Source of the DNA: Bacteroidaceae bacterium
Lineage (GTDB): Bacteria > Bacteroidota > Bacteroidia > Bacteroidales > Bacteroidaceae
Direction: 5' to 3'
Length of the DNA stretch: 46,560 nt
Assembly: GCA_963636255.1 (NCBI GenBank)
Contig: CAVHJI010000001.1
Location: forward strand, 1-46,560
The translations under genes and the position numbers were made by a program. The notes under the pieces were generated by a model. That model did no database searches, was not told the DNA's origin, and worked only from the letters and a program-made list of their open reading frames with translations. Below, piece by piece: positions 9,415 to 18,826 of the stretch (the stretch's first letter is position 1; each line of letters starts with the position of its first letter).

Positions 9415-9763
9415 CCCCTTCGGCATTCCCTTCCGCGGTCGCAGCAAGTACGGCAACATACGGGCCGGCGAGCATGCGTCGCGGAAGGAGCACCGCCGGG
9501 CTGCAGAGCTCCGCATCATGCAACGCGCCGGCCTCATCGCCGACCTGCAGGAACAGGTGCCTTACGTCCTCATCCCTGCCCAGCGCGACGCCGACGGCCG
9601 CCTCATCGAGCGGGCCTGCAGCTACATCGCCGACTTCGTCTACACCGACACGGCCACCGGACAGACCGTCGTCGAAGACACGAAGGGCGTGCGGACGAAG
9701 GAATATATCATCAAGAGGAAGCTCATGCTGCATGTCCACGGCATACGCATCCGCGAAATCTGA
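9392..9763 (+). CDS. DUF1064-like PD-(D/E)XK endonuclease (possible resolvase)
   Basis: SKYGN..SRKE..LQEQVPY..YIADFVY..VEDTKGVRT motifs. Confidence 0.8.
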   Translation: MKKRTTSNPFGIPFRGRSKYGNIRAGEHASRKEHRRAAELRIMQRAGLIADLQEQVPYVLIPAQRDADGRLIERACSYIADFVYTDTATGQTVVEDTKGVRTKEYIIKRKLMLHVHGIRIREI

Positions 9764-9774
9764 ACACACACACC

Positions 9775-10338
9775 ATGCAAAGAGACTGTTTCACTTTCCA
9801 GCGCAGCTACTACGAGGCCATCCGTCTCCTGCCTCCCGAGGTACAGGCCGAGGTCTACCCGGCCCTCATCGAGTATGCGCTCAACGATCATCTGCCCGAC
9901 GACCTGTCAAGCGTCTCGCGGTCGCTGCTCATGCTCATCTGCCAAGCCATCGACACCGACGCCTCGCGCCGGCGCAAGGGACGCACCGCCGGGCGCAAAG
10001 GTGGCAGACCTATCGGCGCACGGACCAGGAAAGACACGCCTGCGCTACCCGTGCAGGCCGTACAGCCGCTGGACATTGACGACATGCGTGGCGCATTAGC
10101 GCTGTCTGCAGACCGCAGTTGGAACGAAGCGACGTGCATGAACTACTCTATCGACATGGACGAGCTGCACCGACGCATCGAGGCCTTCATGCTCCACTGC
10201 AAGTCCGACTGCGCTGGCCAGACGCACACCGACGTCAATGATGCCAAGAGGCATTTCTGTGCATGGATGCGAAAGGCCTATCCTGCAGAGAAACCGGCGT
10301 CCTACGATGCTGCCGGCTTCGGTTCGTCCGACATCTAA
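9775..10338 (+). CDS. Putative replication initiator (DUF6291-like N-terminus)
   Basis: FTFQRSYYEAI..LIEYAL..GRKGGRP motifs, directly upstream of the ATPase. Confidence 0.65.
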   Translation: MQRDCFTFQRSYYEAIRLLPPEVQAEVYPALIEYALNDHLPDDLSSVSRSLLMLICQAIDTDASRRRKGRTAGRKGGRPIGARTRKDTPALPVQAVQPLDIDDMRGALALSADRSWNEATCMNYSIDMDELHRRIEAFMLHCKSDCAGQTHTDVNDAKRHFCAWMRKAYPAEKPASYDAAGFGSSDI

Positions 10339-10350
10339 ATAATACGCGAC

Positions 10351-11211
10351 ATGTCTAAGCAACCATATCCCGAAACGCTGGCCGAGCAGCTGGCGGCCTA
10401 CCGAGCCAAACCGACTGGCGACGTCGACTGGGACACCGCCATCCTCGACACGCTCCGCCACCGGCAACAGGCAGACATCACGCCGTGGGTGCCGCTCCAT
10501 CAGGCGGCCCTGCGTCTGCGCGAAGCCGCACTGAAGGCGCAACGCGAGGCGGCCAACCTCACCGACGACAACGTCTACCGGGCACATGCGGCCTTCCTCA
10601 TGCACGTCGCCAACACCGTCGTGCTTGCGCCGCAGCGCCGGCAGTTCGTCGTCGACGACGACAACCGCGACGTGCTCCGCTTCCTTCTGCTCTACTTCAA
10701 CAACTGCCCGCTGGCAGAAGAGGTGTTCCCCGGCAAGGGCTACAAGCTCCACAAGCCGGTCATGCTCCAGGGTGGGGTAGGCGTCGGCAAGACGCTCATC
10801 ATGCAGATCTTCAGCGAGTATCTCCGGCAGACGCGAAATCCTCGGTTCTTCTACAATCTGTCGGTCACACAGATGGTTAATTACTATACCATCCACAACA
10901 ACCTCGACCGGTTCACATACCACGAAGAGGAAAGCCGGGGCTTCCAGTGTCAGCCTGTCAACGTCTGCCTCAACGACATCGGCATTCAGGACAAGACATT
11001 CTTCGGCATGGACACCGGACTGCTCACCGACGAATTCCTGCATGCACGCAACGAAATCTGGACGCAATACGGCATGTTCGCACACCTCACAACGAACCTC
11101 GACAACAACCAGCTGCGCCAACGCTTCTCGAAGGGCGACGGCTACGGCCGGCTCGTCGACAGGTTCAAAACCTACAACATTATTACGCTCACCGGAAAAA
11201 GCAGAAGATAA
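10351..11211 (+). CDS. P-loop ATPase (DnaC-like helicase loader)
   Basis: Walker A GGVGVGKT, Walker B-like CLNDIG, HLTTNL and RLVDRF. Confidence 0.8.
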   Translation: MSKQPYPETLAEQLAAYRAKPTGDVDWDTAILDTLRHRQQADITPWVPLHQAALRLREAALKAQREAANLTDDNVYRAHAAFLMHVANTVVLAPQRRQFVVDDDNRDVLRFLLLYFNNCPLAEEVFPGKGYKLHKPVMLQGGVGVGKTLIMQIFSEYLRQTRNPRFFYNLSVTQMVNYYTIHNNLDRFTYHEEESRGFQCQPVNVCLNDIGIQDKTFFGMDTGLLTDEFLHARNEIWTQYGMFAHLTTNLDNNQLRQRFSKGDGYGRLVDRFKTYNIITLTGKSRR

Positions 11212-11212
11212 C

Positions 11213-11452
11213 ATGAAATTACGACAAGCAAAAAAGATCCTCGCACGCCTCCGCGAGATGCACGTGCACAACGGCTACTACGGCACGACATACCCGCCGA
11301 GCTGGCGGCGCTACGTCTGCATGTGGCACAAGGCCTACGCAGTGTTCAATCACCACCACCCGCTGGGGCGCCTCGCCAACAAATGGGCCAACGACAACAT
11401 GGCTCGCATCATCAGAGAAAGCAAACTCAAACAACAACAGCAACAACAATGA
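11213..11452 (+). CDS. Small basic hypothetical protein (MKxRQAKKIL type)
   Basis: ATG immediately after the ATPase stop. N-terminus shared with 12687-12977. Confidence 0.6.
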   Translation: MKLRQAKKILARLREMHVHNGYYGTTYPPSWRRYVCMWHKAYAVFNHHHPLGRLANKWANDNMARIIRESKLKQQQQQQ

Positions 11453-12318
11453 AAATCGCCGAACAATTCTCCGAAGAGCAGCTACGCGCAGTGACGCAGG
11501 CTGTCGCTTCTGCCGCCGGCCTTGTCAAGGTCGTGGTCGGCACTGCCAACAACGCCGCATGGATGGCGTGCCTCGATGCCTTCGACAACGTCCGCCGCCA
11601 CCCGGCGTACCGCCACCAAGTCAAGCACGCCTACCGCAAGTGCTTCGACGCGCTTCACGCCTACGAAAGAGAGCTCATCTACACCGACACCAACCGCTTC
11701 TTCCACGTCGACGATCTGGAGCCGGAGGCTCGAAAGCTTTTCGCCGAAAAGCTCACCGACCGCGAATATTATGACTTCTGGGTGGCCTTCGGTATCGAGG
11801 CATATAGCGACACCAAACCGTTCTACACCTCCCTCGTAAACAAATGCCGGCTGGCATACGTAGCACATGGCTATCAGCATCCCGACATCCTCGCATGGAG
11901 CATTGCTGCAGGGCTGTGCCTCGACATCGCCGCCAACGTGGTCTACCAGGCGGCGATGCGCCGCTGCCGCGAGAACGAAGAATGGGCGCATCTCCACATC
12001 CCCGACAAGGTGTGGGACGACGTATTCCATGCTTTCGACCTCTCGCACGTCGCACGTCTGTGGGCGGACGCACATCGCCTCCTCTCCGGGCATGATGATA
12101 TGGTCCCGCTCTCCGACATCGAGCAGCGCAACATCGAGATGGGCTTCACCCAGCTCACCGTGAAGTGGATGGGCGAAAGCTCCCTCTTCGGCTCTCGCGT
12201 CAAGGTCGCCAAGGAGTACGTAGAGATGTTCAGGACCAAGAAGACAATGCTACAGCGCACCGACGTGTATGTCACGGCAGAAGACGAAATGCGTCGCGCC
12301 AAACTTATCAACATTTAA
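11449..12318 (+). CDS. Hypothetical protein
   Basis: ATGA-coupled start MKIAEQF. Codon usage matches neighbouring genes. Confidence 0.75.
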   Translation: MKIAEQFSEEQLRAVTQAVASAAGLVKVVVGTANNAAWMACLDAFDNVRRHPAYRHQVKHAYRKCFDALHAYERELIYTDTNRFFHVDDLEPEARKLFAEKLTDREYYDFWVAFGIEAYSDTKPFYTSLVNKCRLAYVAHGYQHPDILAWSIAAGLCLDIAANVVYQAAMRRCRENEEWAHLHIPDKVWDDVFHAFDLSHVARLWADAHRLLSGHDDMVPLSDIEQRNIEMGFTQLTVKWMGESSLFGSRVKVAKEYVEMFRTKKTMLQRTDVYVTAEDEMRRAKLINI

Positions 12319-12336
12319 CAACCAATACCAAACACC

Positions 12337-12672
12337 ATGACAAAACAGTATTACATTCATCGGTGCGGCTGCAAAGCGCACAACAAGAAGACCGAGGCGC
12401 TCGCCGACTATCTCCGCACGCTCAACTTCACGCTCGTCTCCTTCACGTCGTCCTTCGGCCTGCAGGAGTTCGCCAGCCAGATCAAGGACAAGGTCGCCGA
12501 CCTCAACGTGCGCTACCACCACGGCAATGACCTCACCGTCACCGTCTCCGACTTCGGCGCCGTCACCATTGCGTTCCACGACAAACCCAACGGCGAGGCT
12601 GTCGCCACCATCATGCTCTATCCCGTCAAGTTCACTATCGGCGAAGACACACGACTTATCGACTTCATCTAA
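12337..12672 (+). CDS. Hypothetical protein
   Basis: 111-aa ORF after an AT/AC-rich leader. Confidence 0.7.
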   Translation: MTKQYYIHRCGCKAHNKKTEALADYLRTLNFTLVSFTSSFGLQEFASQIKDKVADLNVRYHHGNDLTVTVSDFGAVTIAFHDKPNGEAVATIMLYPVKFTIGEDTRLIDFI

Positions 12673-12686
12673 CAGACAAAGCAAAA

Positions 12687-12977
12687 ATGAAGACACGTCA
12701 AGCTAAAAAGATCCTCAAGAATTTCGCCGGTGGCCGGCGCAACCACGTCAGCCGATACTGGTACTACCGGGTGACCAACTATGTCACATTATACTGCGCA
12801 CGTGGCGAAGGCCGCCGCGACCATCGCATCGCAGAGGCGATACGCCTGCAGAACCGCCTGGACCGCTTAGGCAACGCATGGCGCTGCCAGCATCCGGGAA
12901 AGCGAATGCGGGCGGCAGTCCGCATAGCGTGGCTCTCCAGACATTTCTACGAGACTGCAGTCTCGCAACACTTTTAG
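12687..12977 (+). CDS. Small basic hypothetical protein (MKxRQAKKIL type)
   Basis: MKTRQAKKIL start, Arg-rich. Confidence 0.6.
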   Translation: MKTRQAKKILKNFAGGRRNHVSRYWYYRVTNYVTLYCARGEGRRDHRIAEAIRLQNRLDRLGNAWRCQHPGKRMRAAVRIAWLSRHFYETAVSQHF

Positions 12978-13007
12978 CTCTCTCCCTCATCACGCTGCTT
13001 ACCTTTG
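12966..13007 (+). promoter_or_regulatory. Putative late promoter (box + -7 element)
   Basis: CAACACTTTTAGC-N21-TACCTTTG upstream of the tail gene. Confidence 0.65.
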
Positions 13008-13087
13008 TAGCGTTTTAGTCTAACGGATAGTAAGGCACGCAGCAGACGAAAGCCTACAGCGTGCCCTACTTCCCAAGCCGACACACT

Positions 13088-15982
13088 ATGAACCAGGACA
13101 TTCAGTACACCGGATTTTCAGCCGTCCCTTCCGACTATGCCTGCGCCGACGGCCAGCTGGCTGCGTCGTTCAACCTCGTCTCCGAAGACGGGGCGCTGCA
13201 GCCTGTCCTGCCGCCTGCATCCCTCTTCACACTTGGCGAGGGGCAGACCGTTGCGTTCATACACAAGACGGCTTCCTATACGCATTACATCGGCATCGCG
13301 ACCGACGACAGCAAGGCCGAAGACGAGGTGTTCTATATCGACAGCACAGACGGCACCCATGCTACACACCGCATCGGTGCTGTTCTGGGCGTCGACCACT
13401 TCAACGCCGTCGGCAACACGCTTCTGTGCTTCACGCGGCTCGGCATCTACTACTTCCTCTGGAAGGACGGCCAGTATGCCTACCTTGGCGACCACCTGCC
13501 CAACGTGCAGATGTCGTTCGGGCTCGTCGGCCATCCGCGTCTCTTCAGCATCAGCGACGACAGCGAAGACACGTTCTCCGTCAAGTTCACGGCTTCCGAC
13601 GACTACTACATGGACCAGTTCAACGTCGGCTCCATCGGCAGCTACTCCATCACCGCGTCAGGCACCTACGGCACCTTCGACGAGGACGACCAGTCCACCG
13701 TCACGTCCATCATCATGGCGAAGGTCAACAAGTTCATCGCCGCCGAGACGGTCAACAGCGGGCGCTTCTGCTTCCCGTTCTTCGTCCGGTTCGCCATGCG
13801 GCTCTACGATGGCTCCGTCGTCTGCCATTCGGCACCCGTCCTCATGAACCCGTCTACGTCGGCAGCACCGGTCGTCTCCTTCCAGAAGGCTACGTTCCGG
13901 TCCGACCATGGCGTCGAGTTCACCGGCTGCGACATCATGCTTGTGGCCGCCGACCTCAACTGGCGCCTCGTCTTGGGCAAGGACGCACTCGCCGACTGGA
14001 CCGACATCATCTCCAGCGTCGACGTGTTCATCTCCAAGCCCATCTACACTTACGACCAGAGCGGAAAGATCAAGTCGTTCAACGACCGCGACAACTATGC
14101 GTCGAAGTTTATCGGGCGTCTCTATGCCGACAACACCACCTCCGACGTCACCAAGCCGGCAGAAGACAAGGTGCTCGGCAAGTTCGCCAGCAAGGAGTTC
14201 CTCAACTGGTACGCCGAGTATGACTACTCGCAGATCTACGCCATCTACTTCTCCGACAAGCGCACCTACCCGTCCGCTACATTCCAACTGCCGGAGTTCA
14301 CCGACAACAAGGTCAGCGAGTCCATCACCGACAATGCGGCCTTCTACAAGCTCTGCTCCATCGACTTCGACGACATCGTCAATGCCGGCGCTACGCGCCA
14401 CGACATCGTTATCGACGACGACTACCTGCAGTCGCTCACCACGCGAGAGGTCATGACCGACGACTATCTCTCGCACGACCAGCTGCATGCCGACTACTCT
14501 TTTGCCTACAACGCCCGCCTGAACCTCGCCGGCGTTAGCCGGAAGCCGTTCGCCGGCTTCTACCCGCAATCGCTGTTCGCGTTCTGCAACACCAGGTTCA
14601 ACTTCGCCATCTCCGACGCTGCGTCCTACACGCTCGCCATCACCGAGACCGGCACGCCGCCGTCCGACTGGATGGCCTACACGTTCATCAAGGAGAATGG
14701 CGAGACGTATGTCGTCGCCAGCGAGTTCCCCAGCCAGTTCTATCTGGCCGACTGGTTCAGCGCCACGTCGTCCACCGGAGCACGCGAGAAACGCTCCTGG
14801 GGCACATGGTTCTTCTACCCCAACACCAATGCCTACCGCATGGTCATTCACTGTGCGAACCGGTATTTTTCTGTCGACCTCAAGGCACACGACTTCCTGA
14901 ACGGTGCCTACTGCCTTCTCGACTATGAGCAGGTACGCGACGGGTCGTCCGGTGTCTCGCTGCCGGCTGTCGCCATCGGCGAGTACGACAAGACTTATCC
15001 CATATCGGCGCCCAACAAACTCTACACTTCAGAGGTCAACAACCCGTTCTACTTCCCCGTCACCGGCATCAACACCGTCGGCACAGGCTCCATCATGGGC
15101 ATCTGCGCTGCGGCCAAGGCGCTCTCGCAGGGACAGTTCGGACAGTTCCCGCTCTACGCCTTCAGCGACGACGGCGTCTGGGCACTCGAGGTGTCCTCGA
15201 CGGGTACGTATTCTGCCAAGCAGCCCATCACACGCGACGTCTGCATCAGCAGCCAGGGCATCACGCAGCTCGATTCGGCAGTGCTCTTCCCGACCAAGCG
15301 GGGCTTGATGCTGGTCTCCGGCTCCAACGCCATCTGCATCTCCGATGCCATCAACTCCGAGTTCCCGTTCGACGCAACGGCGCTGCCCGGCTTCACCAAG
15401 ATGCACGACATGATGGGCCACGGTGCCGGCGACGCGTGTCTGCCCACCATGCCCTTCACAGAGTTCCTTGCGAGCTCGCGCATGATCTACGACTACACCC
15501 ACCAGCGGGTCATTGTCTATGCGCCCGGAGTGTCCTACGCCTACGTCTACTCGCTGCGCACGCAGCAGTGGGGCATGGCCTATTCCGACATCGCCTCGCA
15601 TCTCAACTCTTACCCCAACGCGATGGCCATGACCAGCCAGCGCGAGCTCGTCGACTATTCAGTGACTGATGCCGACAGCGTCAGCTGTCTGTATGTCACG
15701 CGACCGCTCAAGCTGGGAGCACCCGACGTGCTCAAGGCCGTCGACAACGTCATACAGCGGGGCTTCTTCCGGCAGGGACACATCGCGTCGGCACTCTACG
15801 GCTCGCGCGATCTCTTCCACTGGCACCTCGTCTGGTCCTCACGCGACCACCGGCTATGTGGCTTCTCTGGTGCACCCTACAAGTATTACCGCGTCGCCGG
15901 TGTAGGCACCATTGCCGACGACGAAAACATACATGGTGCGTCGGTGCAGTTCACCACGCGCCACACCAATCATCCAAGATAA
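13088..15982 (+). CDS. Putative tail nozzle / stabilisation protein
   Basis: About 965 aa, beta-rich, with propeller-like repeats (LYTSEVNNPFYF, LYAFSDDGVWAL, VLFPTKRGL). Size and pattern resemble podoviral nozzle proteins. Function inferred. Confidence 0.55.
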   Translation: MNQDIQYTGFSAVPSDYACADGQLAASFNLVSEDGALQPVLPPASLFTLGEGQTVAFIHKTASYTHYIGIATDDSKAEDEVFYIDSTDGTHATHRIGAVLGVDHFNAVGNTLLCFTRLGIYYFLWKDGQYAYLGDHLPNVQMSFGLVGHPRLFSISDDSEDTFSVKFTASDDYYMDQFNVGSIGSYSITASGTYGTFDEDDQSTVTSIIMAKVNKFIAAETVNSGRFCFPFFVRFAMRLYDGSVVCHSAPVLMNPSTSAAPVVSFQKATFRSDHGVEFTGCDIMLVAADLNWRLVLGKDALADWTDIISSVDVFISKPIYTYDQSGKIKSFNDRDNYASKFIGRLYADNTTSDVTKPAEDKVLGKFASKEFLNWYAEYDYSQIYAIYFSDKRTYPSATFQLPEFTDNKVSESITDNAAFYKLCSIDFDDIVNAGATRHDIVIDDDYLQSLTTREVMTDDYLSHDQLHADYSFAYNARLNLAGVSRKPFAGFYPQSLFAFCNTRFNFAISDAASYTLAITETGTPPSDWMAYTFIKENGETYVVASEFPSQFYLADWFSATSSTGAREKRSWGTWFFYPNTNAYRMVIHCANRYFSVDLKAHDFLNGAYCLLDYEQVRDGSSGVSLPAVAIGEYDKTYPISAPNKLYTSEVNNPFYFPVTGINTVGTGSIMGICAAAKALSQGQFGQFPLYAFSDDGVWALEVSSTGTYSAKQPITRDVCISSQGITQLDSAVLFPTKRGLMLVSGSNAICISDAINSEFPFDATALPGFTKMHDMMGHGAGDACLPTMPFTEFLASSRMIYDYTHQRVIVYAPGVSYAYVYSLRTQQWGMAYSDIASHLNSYPNAMAMTSQRELVDYSVTDADSVSCLYVTRPLKLGAPDVLKAVDNVIQRGFFRQGHIASALYGSRDLFHWHLVWSSRDHRLCGFSGAPYKYYRVAGVGTIADDENIHGASVQFTTRHTNHPR

Positions 15983-16076
15983 CGGTTTCATATAATATAT
16001 AAGTGTTTGCTTAGTTTCATAGTTATTAGGTATTTAGGTTTTTAATGTTGAGAATGTTGAATGTTGATTTAACAGG

Positions 16077-16114
16077 AAGAGGCCGGGATGCGTGATGCAC
16101 CCCGGCCTCTTTTT
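16077..16114 (+). terminator. Intrinsic terminator between convergent genes
   Basis: AAGAGGCCGGG-N13-CCCGGCCTCTT followed by a T run. Confidence 0.8.
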
Positions 16115-16166
16115 CAACTACACAAAATAACAAAAACAATCTTCTATCTCGTATCTCACATCTTGT

Positions 16167-16697
16167 CTATGCCAGCCAGTGCTGTCGTATGCGTGTCCGC
16201 GTCATGCGGGCAGCCAGCGCCGACCGTATCTCGCTCTCTGCGGCGTCGGCCTTCTCCAGCCACGCCCCGGCCTTCTCGGTGTTCGCCACGCTCATCCAGT
16301 CTGCCAGCGCACGGCACACCAGGTATTCGTGTATCAGCCGCTCCAGCCACTCCGCGGTCGTCTGCGAGAAGGCGCCCGGCACGCTCATCTCTATCTTGTA
16401 CACGGGCGTCTCCTTCAGCGTGTCGTCGAGCACCGTCTCCACCACGCTCCTCTTCGTGAACGGGTAGAGCATCTCCGTGCAGCCGGCCACACACAGGTCC
16501 AGCATGCGTGTCACGCGGTCCACGTTGCCGGCCTCGCCGATGTCGGTCAGCGTGTGGCGGGCTTCCTCGTTGTCCGTCGACATCACGTGCCCTTCCACGT
16601 AGGCCATGTCGCGGATGTCATACAGCAGCTCGTCACGCTTGAAGGTCAGCGTCACGGCTATCTTTCCGTCACCGGCTATCTCGTAGGTACAGCTCAT
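16167..16697 (-). CDS. Putative tail adaptor/ring protein, paralog 3
   Basis: Shares LLYDI...IHEYLV..LADW with the two upstream genes. Confidence 0.6.
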   Translation of the reverse strand: MSCTYEIAGDGKIAVTLTFKRDELLYDIRDMAYVEGHVMSTDNEEARHTLTDIGEAGNVDRVTRMLDLCVAGCTEMLYPFTKRSVVETVLDDTLKETPVYKIEMSVPGAFSQTTAEWLERLIHEYLVCRALADWMSVANTEKAGAWLEKADAAESEIRSALAARMTRTRIRQHWLA

Positions 16698-16718
16698 CGC
16701 ATGCCTCCTTCCTGTCGC

Positions 16719-17216
16719 TTACGCCGTCGGACGCGACGGCCGACTTCTCTTACTCACCGCCTGTGCTATGTTCCCCAGGCTTCTCGTGGCCAGCGCCACA
16801 TACTGCTCGGCATCGGCCTTGTTCGTCACCATGTACCACTCGGCGATCGTCGTGTTCTTCAGGTAGTCGTGCACCGCCTCGCCCACGCCGGCCGTCGCTG
16901 CCTCGTTGAAGTTGCTCGGCATCTGCAGCGACAGCGACAGGTCCGTCTTTCCGTCGTAGTGGCTGTTGTCCGTGCTGGTGCCGTCCTCGTCCAGATATTC
17001 CGACAGCACGGTCTTCACCTCGGCAAAGCCTTTCTTAATTGAGCGCAGTATCTTCTCGCGGTTCTCCTCGTCCTCCGAGGCGAACATGCTCGCCACCTCC
17101 TTGTGGTTGTCCGCATTCTGTATCGTGCGGCCGCGAAGGTACGTCTCGTTCATGATGTCGTACAGCAACCAGTCTATCTTGATGGTCACCTTCACTTCCT
17201 TCTTGTTGTCTGCCAT
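16719..17216 (-). CDS. Putative tail adaptor/ring protein, paralog 2
   Basis: LLYDIMNETY...VHDYLKNTTIAEWY...RSRPSRP. Confidence 0.6.
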   Translation of the reverse strand: MADNKKEVKVTIKIDWLLYDIMNETYLRGRTIQNADNHKEVASMFASEDEENREKILRSIKKGFAEVKTVLSEYLDEDGTSTDNSHYDGKTDLSLSLQMPSNFNEAATAGVGEAVHDYLKNTTIAEWYMVTNKADAEQYVALATRSLGNIAQAVSKRSRPSRPTA

Positions 17217-17244
17217 TGTCTTTCCTTTTATGCGTTATTTATCC

Positions 17245-17724
17245 TTAATCCTGCGGACGTGTCGGGCGCCGGCGGCTGTAGAGCAGACGCTCGGCGCTCA
17301 TCATCAGGTCGGCTGCCTGCGTGTAGTAGTCCTCCTGCTCTGTCTTGTTCGCAAACTTGAACCACTGCGCCACGATGCTCGCCACGAAGTAGTTGCGCAC
17401 CGTGCTCTGCACGCTCGCCGTCAGCTCCTTGTCGAAGTTCTTGCTCACCTCCAGCTCGGCGACATAGGCCGTGCGTGCCTTCTCGTCCGTGTCCGTCACG
17501 GCCCGCGTCGCTCCCGACAGCAGCATCTCTTTCAGACGCTCGTTGCAGGCAAGAACGCTCTCTTCCCAGAACCGGCTTAGTGTCGACAGGTCCGCGTCCG
17601 TCGCCAGGATGCGGTCATGGGCTGTCGCGTCGCCGTCGATCAGCTTGGCGCCGGTGTATTCGGTAGCCTTGGCCACCTCGCCGTACACGTCGTCCTGGTA
17701 TATGGTGATCTCTATCTTCTCCAT
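17245..17724 (-). CDS. Putative tail adaptor/ring protein, paralog 1
   Basis: VYGEVAKATEY...VRNYFVASIVAQWF...RRRPTRP. Confidence 0.6.
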   Translation of the reverse strand: MEKIEITIYQDDVYGEVAKATEYTGAKLIDGDATAHDRILATDADLSTLSRFWEESVLACNERLKEMLLSGATRAVTDTDEKARTAYVAELEVSKNFDKELTASVQSTVRNYFVASIVAQWFKFANKTEQEDYYTQAADLMMSAERLLYSRRRPTRPQD

Positions 17725-17727
17725 GTC

Positions 17728-18243
17728 TCAAAATGCTATCAGTGAATATGTCAGTCCTATTCCCACGTATGGCTGCAGGCCTCCGTGCGGTGTCAGTCCG
17801 TAGCCGCCTGTCAGTCCGAGATGCCAGCGTGCTCTCCGGCGCTGTGTCACCGTCACTGTCTCATGCGTCGCGTATGTCTCTATGCTGTCCAGACGGGCTT
17901 CGTAGCCGCTCACCCATGCCGTATAGCTTGCGCCCCTGTATGTCCGTTGCGTGATGGGCAGGCGCACCGTGCAGCTGTCTGTGTCACGCTCGGCGGGTGT
18001 GCCGGTCGTGTCGCTTGTCGCTTCGGGCTTGGCGGGCACGCGCACCGTCACATAGCGCACCACGGTGCTGTCGTGTGCCACAGGCTGGTAGCAGCGCACG
18101 GTGTCCGTCACCGTCACGCGCACCGTGTCCGCCTGTGTGGTGGCATGCTCTGCCGCCTCGCGTCTGCCGGCAAGCAGCAGTAGCACGATGCCCAGCGCCA
18201 GCACCGCTGCCAGCAGCTTCAGCTCCGTCCGTCCTCTATCCAT
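17728..18243 (-). CDS. Lysis-cassette membrane protein (spanin-like candidate)
   Basis: N-terminal TM helix, DTV repeats, and a C-terminal amphipathic beta-hairpin ending in Phe. Follows the endolysin. Confidence 0.6.
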   Translation of the reverse strand: MDRGRTELKLLAAVLALGIVLLLLAGRREAAEHATTQADTVRVTVTDTVRCYQPVAHDSTVVRYVTVRVPAKPEATSDTTGTPAERDTDSCTVRLPITQRTYRGASYTAWVSGYEARLDSIETYATHETVTVTQRRRARWHLGLTGGYGLTPHGGLQPYVGIGLTYSLIAF

Positions 18244-18826
18244 ACGCCGCTATGTATCGCTTGATCGCCGCCACATGCATGTCTGCCACCTGCTGCACGC
18301 CTTCGCCGCTAAGCAGGTAGGCCACGTCGTCCTCGTTGTCCTGGAAGAGGTTCTCCGTTAGCACAGCCGCACACTGTGTGTCGCGGCAGATGCACAGGTC
18401 CTGCGCTATCCATCCTTCCTTCGGCACGCTCCGGTTGCCCAGCAGCGAGCGCTCGGCAGCCTCATCCCACAGCAGCTTCGCCAGCGCCTTGCTCCGGGCA
18501 GAGGCGTTCAGCGACACATGGGCCGAGAAGCCGCGGGCCGAATGCCACCGGCCGTCGGCGCCTGCGGCATTGTGGTGTATCGACACCAGCAGCACGTCCT
18601 TGGCGCCATGCTTCGCGCAGTAGCCATTGGCCCGGCGCACACGCTCGCGCAGCTTGGTGTCGGTATATTCCGGCACCAGCAGATGGGCGTCCACACCACT
18701 CTCGCGCAGGGACCGCACCACCAGATAGGCTATCTCCCTGGCCTTCTCGTATTCCTTCAGCCGTCCGTCGGGGCTTTGCTTGCCCGGTGTCTCACGGCCG
18801 TGTCCGTTGTCAATCAGTACCACCAT
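18236..18826 (-). CDS. Endolysin, N-acetylmuramoyl-L-alanine amidase (Amidase_3)
   Basis: IDNGHG, E, VSIHHNA and AVLTENLF zinc-binding/catalytic motifs. Confidence 0.92.
   Translation of the reverse strand: MVVLIDNGHGRETPGKQSPDGRLKEYEKAREIAYLVVRSLRESGVDAHLLVPEYTDTKLRERVRRANGYCAKHGAKDVLLVSIHHNAAGADGRWHSARGFSAHVSLNASARSKALAKLLWDEAAERSLLGNRSVPKEGWIAQDLCICRDTQCAAVLTENLFQDNEDDVAYLLSGEGVQQVADMHVAAIKRYIAAYG

Noticed and set aside
9965..10025. GGCGCA repeats as replication iterons
   Set aside because: Short, and explained by the encoded RRRKG/GRKGGRP peptide.
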